Part shown: positions 35,301 to 50,300 of the stretch, piece after piece
Layout of the letters: each line of letters begins with the position of its first letter
Position numbering within the stretch: the first letter of the stretch is position 1
Origin: Auanema rhodensis
Taxonomy: Eukaryota; Animalia; Nematoda
Assembly: GCA_964057225.1 (NCBI GenBank)
Contig: OZ059897.1
Location: 18,352,001 to 18,416,000, forward strand
Length of the DNA: 64,000 nucleotides
Reading direction: 5' to 3'
Notes under the pieces: model-generated
What the model was told of the DNA's origin: nothing
What the model saw: the letters and a program-made list of their open reading frames with translations, nothing else
Database searches by the model: none
Position numbers and translations under genes: made by a program

Positions 35301-38300
35301 GACGCAGCTTAAAAATCCGCATCGAATGCACTATACTACATTGAGAAACGCTTAATACAAAAATTAGTTATAATCGTTTGAAAAATGATGCATTAGTGTA
35401 TGTTGAGTTTCCATGTACACTCAACATTGCTTCCAAAAACATTTTGACAAAAATTTTTTCGAAAAATTTCAAAATAATTTAGCAAAAAGTAGATGTTTTT
35501 AGATTCCACTTTTCAAGGCAAAGACGATGGACAATGTTATTCAACGAAAAAATTAATTCTTCAGGGTGAAAATCGAGGATATAAGTGTGAACTTATATCA
35601 GTTGATATCTCGGTGCATTTTTAAGCTAGCGCAAATCTGATAACACAGATCGACGCAGCTTAAAAATCCGCATCGAATGCACTATACTACATTAAGAATC
35701 GCTTGATACAAAAATTAGTTATGATCGTTTGAAAAATGATGCATTAGTGTATGTTGAGTTTCCATGTACACTCAACATTGCTTCCAAAAACATTTTGACA
35801 AAAATTTTTTCGAAAAATTTCAAAAAAATTTAGCAAAAAATAGATGTTTTTAGATTCCATTTTTCAAGGCAAAGACGATGGACAATGTTATTCAACGAAA
35901 AAATTAATTCTTCAGGGTGAAAATCGAGGATATAAGTGTGAACTTATATCAGTTGATATCTCGGTGCATTTTTAAGCTAGCGCAAATCTGATAACACAGA
36001 TCGACGCAGCTTAAAAATTCGCATCGAATGCACTATACTACATTAAGAAACGCTTGATACAAAAATTAGTTATGATCGTTTGAAAAATGATGCATTAGTG
36101 TATGTTGAGTTTCCATGTACAATCAACATTGCTTCCAAAAACATTTTGACAAAAATTTTTTCGAAAAATTTCAAAATAATTTAGCAAAAAGTAGATGTTT
36201 TTAGATTCCATTTTTCAAGGCAAAGACGATGGACAATGTTATTCAACGAAAAAATTAATTCTTCAGGGTGAAAATCGAGGATATAAGTGTGAACCTATAT
36301 CAGTTGATATCTCGGTGCATTTTTAAGCTAGCGCAAATCTGATAACACAGATCGACGCAGCTTAAAAATCCGCATCGAATGCACTATACTACATTGAGAA
36401 ACGCTTAATACAAAAATTAGTTATGATCGTTTGAAAAATGATGCATTAGTGTATGTTGAGTTTCCATGTACACTCAACATTGCTTCCAAAAACATTTTGA
36501 CAAAAATTTTTTCGAAAAATTTCAAAATAATTTAGCAAAAAGTAGATGTTTTTAGATTCCATTTTTCAAGGCAAAGACGATGGACAATGTTATTCAACGA
36601 AAAAATTAATTCTTCAGGGTGAAAATCGAGGATATAAGTGTGAACTTATATCAGTTGATATCTCGGTGCATTTTTAAGCTAGCGCAAATCTGATAACACA
36701 GATCGACGCAGCTTAAAAATCCGCATCGAATGCACTATACTACATTAAGAATCGCTTGATACAAAAATTAGTTATGATCGTTTGAAAAATGATGCATTAG
36801 TGTATGTTGAGTTTCCATGTACACTCAACATTGCTTCCAAAAACATTTTGACAAAAATTTTTTCGAAAAATTTCAAAAAAATTTAGCAAAAAATAGATGT
36901 TTTTAGATTCCATTTTTCAAGGCAAAGACGATGGACAATGTTATTCAACGAAAAAATTAATTCTTCAGGGTGAAAATCGAGGATATAAGTGTGAACTTAT
37001 ATCAGTTGATATCTCGGTGCATTTTTAAGCTAGCGCAAATCTGATAACACAGATCGACGCAGCTTAAAAATCCGCATCGAATGCACTATACTACATTAAG
37101 AAACGCTTGATACAAAAATTAGTTATGATCGTTTGAAAAATGATGCATTAGTGTATGTTGAGTTTCCATGTACAATCAACATTGCTTCCAAAAACATTTT
37201 GACAAAAATTTTTTCGAAAAATTTCAAAATAATTTAGCAAAAAGTAGATGTTTTTAGATTCCATTTTTCAAGGCAAAGACGATGGACAATGTTATTCAAC
37301 GAAAAAATTAATTCTTCAGGGTGAAAATCGAGGATATAAGTGTGAACCTATATCAGTTGATATCTCGGTGCATTTTTAAGCTAGCGCAAATCTGATAACA
37401 CAGATCGACGCAGCTTAAAAATCCGCATCGAATGCACTATACTACATTGAGAAACGCTTAATACAAAAATTAGTTATAATCGTTTGAAAAATGATGCATT
37501 AGTGTATGTTGAGTTTCCATGTACACTCAACATTGCTTCCAAAAACATTTTGACAAAAATTTTTTCGAAAAATTTCAAAATAATTTAGAAAAGTAGATGT
37601 TTTTAGATTCCATTTTTCAAAGCAAAGACGATGGACAATGTTATTCAACGAAAAAATTAATTCTTCAGGGTGAAAATCGAGGATATAAGTGTGAACTTAT
37701 ATCAGTTGATATCTCGGTGCATTTTTAAGCTAGCGCAAATCTGATAACACAGATCGACGCAGCTTAAAAATCCGCATCGAATGCACTATACTACATTAAG
37801 AAACGCTTGATACAAAAATTAGTTATGATCGTTTGAAAAATGATGCATTAGTGTATGTTGAGTTTCCATGTACAATCAACATTGCTTCCAAAAACATTTT
37901 GACAAAAATTTTTTCGAAAAATTTCAAAATAATTTAGCAAAAAGTAGATGTTTTTAGATTCCATTTTTCAAGGCAAAGACGATGGACAATGTTATTCAAC
38001 GAAAAAATTAATTCTTCAGGGTGAAAATCGAGGATATAAGTGTGAACCTATATCAGTTGATATCTCGGTGCATTTTTAAGCTAGCGCAAATCTGATAACA
38101 CAGATCGACGCAGCTTAAAAATCCGCATCGAATGCACTATACTACATTGAGAAACGCTTAATACAAAAATTAGTTATAATCGTTTGAAAAATGATGCATT
38201 AGTGTATGTTGAGTTTCCATGTACACTCAACATTGCTTCCAAAAACATTTTGACAAAAATTTTTTCGAAAAATTTCAAAATAATTTAGCAAAAAGTAGAT

Positions 38301-41300
38301 GTTTTTAGATTCCATTTTTCAAGGCAAAGACGATGGACAATGTTATTCAACGAAAAAATTAATTCTTCAGGGTGAAAATCGAGGATATAAGTGTGAACTT
38401 ATATCAGTTGATATCTCGGTGCATTTTTAAGCTAGCGCAAATCTGATAACACAGATCGACGCAGCTTAAAAATCCGCATCGAATGCACTATACTACATTG
38501 AGAAACGCTTAATACAAAAATTAGTTATAATCGTTTGAAAAATGATGCATTAGTGTATGTTGAGTTTCCATGTACACTCAACATTGCTTCCAAAAACATT
38601 TTGACAAAAATTTTTTCGAAAAATTTCAAAATAATTTAGCAAAAAGTAGATGTTTTTAGATTCCATTTTTCAAGGCAAAGACGATGGACAATGTTATTCA
38701 ACGAAAAAATTAATTCTTCAGGGTGAAAATCGAAGATATAAGTGTGAACTTATATCAGTTGATATCTCGGTGCATTTTTAAGCTAGCGCAAATCTGATAA
38801 CACAGATCGACGCAGCTTAAAAATCCGCATCGAATGCACTATACTACATTGAGAAACGCTTAATACAAAAATTAGTTATAATCGTTTGAAAAATGATGCA
38901 TTAGTGTATGTTGAGTTTCCATGTACACTCAACATTGCTTCCAAAAACATTTTGACAAAAATTTTTTCGAAAAATTTCAAAATAATTTAGCAAAAAGTAG
39001 ATGTTTTTAGATTCCATTTTTCAAGGCAAAGACGATGGACAATGTTATTCAACGAAAAAATTAATTCTTCAGGGTGAAAATCGAGGATATAAGTGTGAAC
39101 TTATATCAGTTGATATCTCGGTGCATTTTTAAGCTAGCGCAAATCTGATAACACAGATCGACGCAGCTTAAAAATCCGCATCGAATGCACTATACTACAT
39201 TGAGAAACGCTTAATACATAAATTAGTTATGATCGTTTGAAAAATGATGCATTAGTGTATGTTGAGTTTCCATGTACACTCAACATTGCTTCCAAAAACA
39301 TTTTGACAAAAATTTTTTCGAAAAATTTCAAAATAATTTAGCAAAAAGTAGATGTTTTTAGATTCCATTTTTCAAGGCAAAGACGATGGACAATGTTATT
39401 CAACGAAAAAATTAATTCTTCAGGGTGAAAATCGAGGATATAAGTGTGAACTTATATCAGTTGATATCTCGGTGCATTTTCAAGCTAGCGCAAATCTGAT
39501 AACACAGATCGACGCAGCTTAAAAATCCGCATCGAATGCACTATACTACATTGAGAAACGCTTAATACATAAATTAGTTATGATCGTTTGAAAAATGATG
39601 CATTAGTGTATGTTGAGTTTCCATGTACACTCAACATTGCTTCCAAAAACATTTTGACAAAAATTTTTTCGAAAAATTTCAAAATAATTTAGCAAAAAGT
39701 AGATGTTTTTAGATTCCATTTTTCAAGGCAAAGACGATGGACAATGTTATTCAACGAAAAAATTAATTCTTCAGGGTGAAAATCGAAGATATAAGTGTGA
39801 ACTTATATCAGTTGATATCTCGGTGCATTTTTAAGCTAGCGCAAATCTGATAACACAGATCGACGCAGCTTAAAAATCCGCATCGAATGCACTATACTAC
39901 ATTGAGAAACGCTCAATACAAAAATTAGTTATAATCGTTTGAAAAATGATGCATTAGTGTATGTTGAGTTTCCATGTACACTCAACATTGCTTCCAAAAA
40001 CATTTTGACAAAAATTTTTTCGAAAAATTTCAAAATAATTTAGCAAAAAGTAGATGTTTTTAGATTCCATTTTTCAAGGCAAAGACGATGGACAATGTTA
40101 TTCAACGAAAAAATTAATTCTTCAGGGTGAAAATCGAAGATATAAGTGTGAACTTATATCAGTTGATATCTCGGTGCATTTTTAAGCTAGCGCAAATCTG
40201 ATAACACAGATCGACGCAGCTTAAAAATCCGCATCGAATGCACTATACTACATTGAGAAACGCTTGATACAAAAATTAGTTATGATCGTTTGAAAAATGA
40301 TGCATTAGTGTATGTTGAGTTTCCATGTACACTCAACATTGCTTCCAAAAACATTTTGACAAAAATTTTTTCGAAAAATTTCAAAATAATTTAGCAAAAA
40401 GTAGATGTTTTTAGATTCCATTTTTCAAGGCAAAGACGATAGACAATGTTATTCAACGAAAAAATTAATTCTTCAGGGTGAAAATCGAGGATATAAGTGT
40501 GAACTTATATCAGTTGATATCTCGGTGCATTTTTAAGCTAGCGCAAATCTGATAACACAGATCGACGCAGCTTAAAAATCCGCATCGAATGCACTATACT
40601 ACATTAAGAAACGCTTGATACAAAAATTAGTTATGATCGTTTGAAAAATGATGCATTAGTGTATGTTGAGTTTCCATGTACAATCAACATTGCTTCCAAA
40701 AACATTTTGACAAAAATTTTTTCGAAAAATTTCAAAATAATTTAGCAAAAAGTAGATGTTTTTAGATTCCATTTTTCAAGGCAAAGACGATGGACAATGT
40801 TATTCAACGAAAAAATTAATTCTTCAGGGTGAAAATCGAGGATATAAGTGTGAACCTATATCAGTTGATATCTCGGTGCATTTTTAAGCTAGCGCAAATC
40901 TGATAACACAGATCGACGCAGCTTAAAAATCCGCATCGAATGCACTATACTACATTGAGAAACGCTCAATACAAAAATTAGTTATAATCGTTTGAAAAAT
41001 GATGCATTAGTGTATGTTGAGTTTCCATGTACACTCAACATTGCTTCCAAAAACATTTTGACAAAAATTTTTTCGAAAAATTTCAAAATAATTTAGCAAA
41101 AAGTAGATGTTTTTAGATTTCTTTTTTCAAGGCAAAGACGATGGACAATGTTATTCAACGAAAAAATCATTTCTTCAGGGTGAAAATCGAGGATATAAGT
41201 GTGAACTTATATCAGTTGATATCTGGGTGCATTTTTAAGCTAGCGCAAATCTGATAACACAGATCGACGCAGCTTAAAAATCCGCATCGAATGCACTATA

Positions 41301-44300
41301 CTACATTGAGAAACGCTTGATACAAAAATTAGTTATGATCGTTTGAAAAATGATGCATTAGTGTATGTTGAGTTTCCATGTACACTCAACATTGCTTCCA
41401 AAAACATTTTGACAAAAATTTTTTCGAAAAATTTCAAAATAATTTAGCAAAAAGTAGATGTTTTTAGATTCCATTTTTCAAGGCAAAGACGATGGACAAT
41501 GTTATTCAACGAAAAAATTAATTCTTCAGGGTGAAAATCGAGGATATAAGTGTGAACTTATATCAGTTGATATCTCGGTGCATTTTTAAGCTAGCGCAAA
41601 TCTGATAACACAGATCGACGCAGCTTAAAAATCCGCATCGAATGCACTATACTACATTGAGAAACGCTTAATACATAAATTAGTTATGATCGTTTGAAAA
41701 ATGATGCATTAGTGTATGTTGAGTTTCCATGTACACTCAACATTGCTTCCAAAAACATTTTGACAAAAATTTTTTCGAAAAATTTCAAAATAATTTAGCA
41801 AAAAGTAGATGTTTTTAGATTCCATTTTTCAAGGCAAAGACGATGGACAATGTTATTTAACGAAAAAATTAATTCTTCAGGGTGAAAATCGAGGATATAA
41901 GTGTGAACTTATATCAGTTGATATCTCGGTGCATTTTTAAGCTAGCGCAAATCTGATAACACAGATCGACGCAGCTTAAAAATCCGCATCGAATGCACTA
42001 TACTACATTGAGAAACGCTTAATACATAAATTAGTTATGATCGTTTGAAAAATGATGCATTAGTGTATGTTGAGTTTCCATGTACACTCAACATTGCTTC
42101 CAAAAACATTTTGACAAAAATTTTTTCGAAAAATTTCAAAATAATTTAGCAAAAAGTAGATGTTTTTAGATTCCATTTTTCAAGGCAAAGACGATGGACA
42201 ATGTTATTCAACGAAAAAATTAATTCTTCAGGGTGAAAATCGAAGATATAAGTGTGAACTTATATCAGTTGATATCTCGGTGCATTTTTAAGCTAGCGCA
42301 AATCTGATAACACAGATCGACGCAGCTTAAAAATCCGCATCGAATGCACTATACTACATTGAGAAACGCTCAATACAAAAATTAGTTATGATCGTTTGAA
42401 AAATGATGCATTTGTGTATGTTGAGTTTCCATGTACACTCAACATTGCTTCCAAAAACATTTTGACAAAAATTTTTTCGAAAAATTTCAAAATAATTTAG
42501 CAAAAAGTAGATGTTTTTAGATTCCTTTTTTCAAGGCAAAGACGATGGACAATGTTATTCAACGAAAAAATCATTTCTTCAGGGTGAAAATCGAGGATAT
42601 AAGTGTGAACTTATATCAGTTGATATCTGGGTGCATTTTTAAGCTAGCGCAAATCTGATAACACAGATCGACGCAGCTTAAAAATCCGCATCGAATGCAC
42701 TATACTACATTGAGAAACGCTTGATACAAAAATTAGTTATGATCGTTTGAAAAATGATGCATTAGTGTATGTTGAGTTTCCATGTACACTCAACATTGCT
42801 TCCAAAAACATTTTGACAAAAATTTTTTCGAAAAATTTCAAAATAATTTAGCAAAAAGTAGATGTTTTTAGATTCCATTTTTCAAGGCAAAGACGATAGA
42901 CAATGTTATTCAACGAAAAAATTAATTCTTCAGGGTGAAAATCGAGGATATAAGTGTGAACTTATATCAGTTGATATCTCGGTGCATTTTTAAGCTAGCG
43001 CAAATCTGATAACACAGATCGACGCAGCTTAAAAATCCGCATCGAATGCACTATACTACATTAAGAAACGCTTGATACAAAAATTAGTTATGATCGTTTG
43101 AAAAATGATGCATTAGTGTATGTTGAGTTTCCATGTACAATCAACATTGCTTCCAAAAACATTTTGACAAAAATTTTTTCGAAAAATTTCAAAATAATTT
43201 AGCAAAAAGTAGATGTTTTTAGATTCCATTTTTCAAGGCAAAGACGATGGACAATGTTATTCAACGAAAAAATTAATTCTTCAGGGTGAAAATCGAGGAT
43301 ATAAGTGTGAACCTATATCAGTTGATATCTCGGTGCATTTTTAAGCTAGCGCAAATCTGATAACACAGATCGACGCAGCTTAAAAATCCGCATCGAATGC
43401 ACTATACTACATTGAGAAACGCTTAATACAAAAATTAGTTATGATCGTTTGAAAAATGATGCATTAGTGTATGTTGAGTTTCCATGTACACTCAACATTG
43501 CTTCCAAAAACATTTTGACAAAAATTTTTTCGAAAAATTTCAAAATAATTTAGCAAAAAGTAGATGTTTTTAGATTCCTTTTTTCAAGGCAAAGACGATG
43601 GACAATGTTATTCAACGAAAAAATTATTTCTTCAGGGTGAAAATCGAGGATATAAGTGTGAACTTATATCAGTTGATATCTCGGTGCATTTTTAAGCTAG
43701 CGCAAATCTGATAACACAGATCGACGCAGCTTAAAAATCCGCATCGAATGCACTTTACTACATTGAGAAACGCTTGATACAAAAATTAGTTATGATCGTT
43801 TGAAAAATGATGCATTAGTGTATGTTGAGTTTCCATGTACACTCAACATTGCTTCCAAAAACATTTTGACAAAAATTTTTTCGAAAAATTTCAAAATAAT
43901 TTAGCAAAAAGTAGATGTTTTTAGATTCCATTTTTCAAGGCAAAGACGATGGACAATGTTATTCAACGAAAAAATTAATTCTTCAGGGTGAAAATCGAGG
44001 ATATAAGTGTGAACTTATATCAGTTGATATCTCGGTGCATTTTTAAGCTAGCGCAAATCTGATAACACAGATCGACGCAGCTTAAAAATCCGCATCGAAT
44101 GCACTTTACTACATTGAGAAACGCTTGATACAAAAATTAGTTATGATCGTTTGAAAAATGATGCATTAGTGTATGTTGAGTTTCCATGTACACTCAACAT
44201 TGCTTCCAAAAACATTTTGACAAAAATTTTTTCGAAAAATTTCAAAATAATTTAGCAAAAAGTAGATGTTTTTAGATTCCATTTTTCAAGGCAAAGACGA

Positions 44301-47300
44301 TGGACAATGTTATTCAACGAAAAAATTAATTCTTCAGGGTGAAAATCGAGGATATAAGTGTGAACTTATATCAGTTGATATCTCGGTGCATTTTTAAGCT
44401 AGCGCAAATCTGATAACACAGATCGACGCAGCTTAAAAATCCGCATCGAATGCACTATACTACATTAAAAATCGCTTGATACAAAAATTAGTTATGATCG
44501 TTTGAAAAATGATGCATTAGTGTATGTTGAGTTTCCATGTACACTCAACATTGCTTCCAAAAACATTTTGACAAAAATTTTTTCGAAAAATTTCAAAATA
44601 ATTTAGCAAAAAGTAGATGTTTTTAGATTCCATTTTTCAAGGCAAAGACGATGGACAATGTTATTCAACGAAAAAATTAATTCTTCAGGGTGAAAATCGA
44701 GGATATAAGTGTGAACTTATATCAGTTGATATCTCGGTGCATTTTTAAGCTAGCGCAAATCTGATAACACAGATCGACGCAGCTTAAAAATCCGCATCGA
44801 ATGCACTATACTACATTGAGAAACGCTTAATACATAAATTAGTTATGATCGTTTGAAAAATGATGCATTAGTGTATGTTGAGTTTCCATGTACACTCAAC
44901 ATTGCTTCCAAAAACATTTTGACAAAAATTTTTTCGAAAAATTTCAAAATAATTTAGCAAAAAGTAGATGTTTTTAGATTCCATTTTTCAAGGCAAAGAC
45001 GATGGACAATGTTATTTAACGAAAAAATTAATTCTTCAGGGTGAAAATCGAGGATATAAGTGTGAACTTATATCAGTTGATATCTCGGTGCATTTTTAAG
45101 CTAGCGCAAATCTGATAACACAGATCGACGCAGCTTAAAAATCCGCATCGAATGCACTATACTACATTGAGAAACGCTTAATACATAAATTAGTTATGAT
45201 CGTTTGAAAAATGATGCATTAGTGTATGTTGAGTTTCCATGTACACTCAACATTGCTTCCAAAAACATTTTGACAAAAATTTTTTCGAAAAATTTCAAAA
45301 TAATTTAGCAAAAAGTAGATGTTTTTAGATTCCATTTTTCAAGGCAAAGACGATGGACAATGTTATTCAACGAAAAAATTAATTCTTCAGGGTGAAAATC
45401 GAAGATATAAGTGTGAACTTATATCAGTTGATATCTCGGTGCATTTTTAAGCTAGCGCAAATCTGATAACACAGATCGACGCAGCTTAAAAATCCGCATC
45501 GAATGCACTATACTACATTGAGAAACGCTCAATACAAAAATTAGTTATGATCGTTTGAAAAATGATGCATTTGTGTATGTTGAGTTTCCATGTACACTCA
45601 ACATTGCTTCCAAAAACATTTTGACAAAAATTTTTTCGAAAAATTTCAAAATAATTTAGCAAAAAGTAGATGTTTTTAGATTCCTTTTTTCAAGGCAAAG
45701 ACGATGGACAATGTTATTCAACGAAAAAATCATTTCTTCAGGGTGAAAATCGAGGATATAAGTGTGAACTTATATCAGTTGATATCTGGGTGCATTTTTA
45801 AGCTAGCGCAAATCTGATAACACAGATCGACGCAGCTTAAAAATCCGCATCGAATGCACTATACTACATTGAGAAACGCTTGATACAAAAATTAGTTATG
45901 ATCGTTTGAAAAATGATGCATTAGTGTATGTTGAGTTTCCATGTACACTCAACATTGCTTCCAAAAACATTTTGACAAAAATTTTTTCGAAAAATTTCAA
46001 AATAATTTAGCAAAAAGTAGATGTTTTTAGATTCCATTTTTCAAGGCAAAGACGATAGACAATGTTATTCAACGAAAAAATTAATTCTTCAGGGTGAAAA
46101 TCGAGGATATAAGTGTGAACTTATATCAGTTGATATCTCGGTGCATTTTTAAGCTAGCGCAAATCTGATAACACAGATCGACGCAGCTTAAAAATCCGCA
46201 TCGAATGCACTATACTACATTAAGAAACGCTTGATACAAAAATTAGTTATGATCGTTTGAAAAATGATGCATTAGTGTATGTTGAGTTTCCATGTACAAT
46301 CAACATTGCTTCCAAAAACATTTTGACAAAAATTTTTTCGAAAAATTTCAAAATAATTTAGCAAAAAGTAGATGTTTTTAGATTCCATTTTTCAAGGCAA
46401 AGACGATGGACAATGTTATTCAACGAAAAAATTAATTCTTCAGGGTGAAAATCGAGGATATAAGTGTGAACCTATATCAGTTGATATCTCGGTGCATTTT
46501 TAAGCTAGCGCAAATCTGATAACACAGATCGACGCAGCTTAAAAATCCGCATCGAATGCACTATACTACATTGAGAAACGCTTAATACAAAAATTAGTTA
46601 TGATCGTTTGAAAAATGATGCATTAGTGTATGTTGAGTTTCCATGTACACTCAACATTGCTTCCAAAAACATTTTGACAAAAATTTTTTCGAAAAATTTC
46701 AAAATAATTTAGCAAAAAGTAGATGTTTTTAGATTCCTTTTTTCAAGGCAAAGACGATGGACAATGTTATTCAACGAAAAAATTATTTCTTCAGGGTGAA
46801 AATCGAGGATATAAGTGTGAACTTATATCAGTTGATATCTCGGTGCATTTTTAAGCTAGCGCAAATCTGATAACACAGATCGACGCAGCTTAAAAATCCG
46901 CATCGAATGCACTTTACTACATTGAGAAACGCTTGATACAAAAATTAGTTATGATCGTTTGAAAAATGATGCATTAGTGTATGTTGAGTTTCCATGTACA
47001 CTCAACATTGCTTCCAAAAACATTTTGACAAAAATTTTTTCGAAAAATTTCAAAATAATTTAGCAAAAAGTAGATGTTTTTAGATTCCATTTTTCAAGGC
47101 AAAGACGATGGACAATGTTATTCAACGAAAAAATTAATTCTTCAGGGTGAAAATCGAGGATATAAGTGTGAACTTATATCAGTTGATATCTCGGTGCATT
47201 TTTAAGCTAGCGCAAATCTGATAACACAGATCGACGCAGCTTAAAAATCCGCATCGAATGCACTTTACTACATTGAGAAACGCTTGATACAAAAATTAGT

Positions 47301-50300
47301 TATGATCGTTTGAAAAATGATGCATTAGTGTATGTTGAGTTTCCATGTACACTCAACATTGCTTCCAAAAACATTTTGACAAAAATTTTTTCGAAAAATT
47401 TCAAAATAATTTAGCAAAAAGTAGATGTTTTTAGATTCCATTTTTCAAGGCAAAGACGATGGACAATGTTATTCAACGAAAAAATTAATTCTTCAGGGTG
47501 AAAATCGAGGATATAAGTGTGAACTTATATCAGTTGATATCTCGGTGCATTTTTAAGCTAGCGCAAATCTGATAACACAGATCGACGCAGCTTAAAAATC
47601 CGCATCGAATGCACTATACTACATTAAAAATCGCTTGATACAAAAATTAGTTATGATCGTTTGAAAAATGATGCATTAGTGTATGTTGAGTTTCCATGTA
47701 CACTCAACATTGCTTCCAAAAACATTTTGACAAAAATTTTTTCGAAAAATTTCAAAAAAATTTAGCAAAAAATAGATGTTTTTAGATTCCATTTTTCAAG
47801 GCAAAGACGATGGACAATGTTATTCAACGAAAAAATTAATTCTTCAGGGTGAAAATCGAGGATATAAGTGTGAACTTATATCAGTTGATATCTCGGTGCA
47901 TTTTTAAGCTAGCGCAAATCTGATAACACAGATCGACGCAGCTTAAAAATCCGCATCGAATGCACTATACTACATTAAGAAACGCTTGATACAAAAATTA
48001 GTTATGATCGTTTGAAAAATGATGCATTAGTGTATGTTGAGTTTCCATGTACAATCAACATTGCTTCCAAAAACATTTTGACAAAAATTTTTTCGAAAAA
48101 TTTCAAAATAATTTAGCAAAAAGTAGATGTTTTTAGATTCCATTTTTCAAGGCAAAGACGATGGACAATGTTATTCAACGAAAAAATTAATTCTTCAGGG
48201 TGAAAATCGAGGATATAAGTGTGAACCTATATCAGTTGATATCTCGGTGCATTTTTAAGCTAGCGCAAATCTGATAACACAGATCGACGCAGCTTAAAAA
48301 TCCGCATCGAATGCACTATACTACATTGAGAAACGCTTAATACAAAAATTAGTTATGATCGTTTGAAAAATGATGCATTAGTGTATGTTGAGTTTCCATG
48401 TACACTCAACATTGCTTCCAAAAACATTTTGACAAAAATTTTTTCGAAAAATTTCAAAATAATTTAGCAAAAAGTAGATGTTTTTAGATTCCATTTTTCA
48501 CGGCAAAGACGATGGACAATGTTATTCAACGAAAAAATTAATTCTTCAGGGTGAAAATCGAGGATATAAGTGTGAACTTATATAAGTTGATATCTCGGTG
48601 CATTTTTAAGCTAGCGCAAATCTGATAACACAGATCGACGCAGCTTAAAAATCCGCATCGAATGCACTTTACTACATTGAGAAACGCTTGATACAAAAAT
48701 TAGTTATGATCGTTTGAAAAATGATGCATTAGTGTATGTTGAGTTTCCATGTACACTCAACATTGCTTCCAAAAACATTTTGACAAAAATTTTTTCGAAA
48801 AATTTCAAAATAATTTAGCAAAAAGTAGATGTTTTTAGATTCCATTTTTCAAGGCAAAGACGATAGACAATGTTATTCAACGAAAAAATTAATTCTTCAG
48901 GGTGAAAATCGAGGATATAAGTGTGAACTTATATCAGTTGATATCTCGGTGCATTTTTAAGCTAGCGCAAATCTGATAACACAGATCGACGCAGCTTAAA
49001 AATCCGCATCGAATGCACTTTACTACATTGAGAAACGCTTGATACAAAAATTAGTTATGATCGTTTGAAAAATGATGCATTAGTGTATGTTGAGTTTCCA
49101 TGTACACTCAACATTGCTTCCAAAAACATTTTGACAAAAATTTTTTCGAAAAATTTCAAAATAATTTAGCAAAAAGTAGATGTTTTTAGATTCCATTTTT
49201 CAAGGCAAAGACGATGGACAATGTTATTCAACGAAAAAATTAATTCTTCAGGGTGAAAATCGAGGATATAAGTGTGAACTTATATCAGTTGATATCTCGG
49301 TGCATTTTTAAGCTAGCGCAAATCTGATAACACAGATCGACGCAGCTTAAAAATCCGCATCGAATGCACTTTACTACATTGAGAAACGCTTGATACAAAA
49401 ATTAGTTATGATCGTTTGAAAAATGATGCATTAGTGTATGTTGAGTTTCCATGTACACTCAACATTGCTTCCAAAAACATTTTGACAAAAATTTTTTCGA
49501 AAAATTTCAAAATAATTTAGCAAAAAGTAGATGTTTTTAGATTCCATTTTTCAAGGCAAAGACGATGGACAATGTTATTCAACGAAAAAATTAATTCTTC
49601 AGGGTGAAAATCGAGGATATAAGTGTGAACTTATATCAGTTGATATCTCGGTGCATTTTTAAGCTAGCGCAAATCTGATAACACAGATCGACGCAGCTTA
49701 AAAATCCGCATCGAATGCACTATACTACATTAAGAATCGCTTGATACAAAAATTAGTTATGATCGTTTGAAAAATGATGCATTAGTGTATGTTGAGTTTC
49801 CATGTACACTCAACATTGCTTCCAAAAACATTTTGACAAAAATTTTTTCGAAAAATTTCAAAAAAATTTAGCAAAAAATAGATGTTTTTAGATTCCATTT
49901 TTCAAGGCAAAGACGATGGACAATGTTATTCAACGAAAAAATTAATTCTTCAGGGTGAAAATCGAGGATATAAGTGTGAACTTATATCAGTTGATATCTC
50001 GGTGCATTTTTAAGCTAGCGCAAATCTGATAACACAGATCGACGCAGCTTAAAAATCCGCATCGAATGCACTATACTACATTAAGAAACGCTTGATACAA
50101 AAATTAGTTATGATCGTTTGAAAAATGATGCATTAGTGTATGTTGAGTTTCCATGTACACTCAACATTGCTTCCAAAAACATTTTGACAAAAATTTTTTC
50201 GAAAAATTTCAAAATAATTTAGCAAAAAGTAGATGTTTTTAGATTCCATTTTTCAAGGCAAAGACGATGGACAATGTTATTCAACGAAAAAATTAATTCT

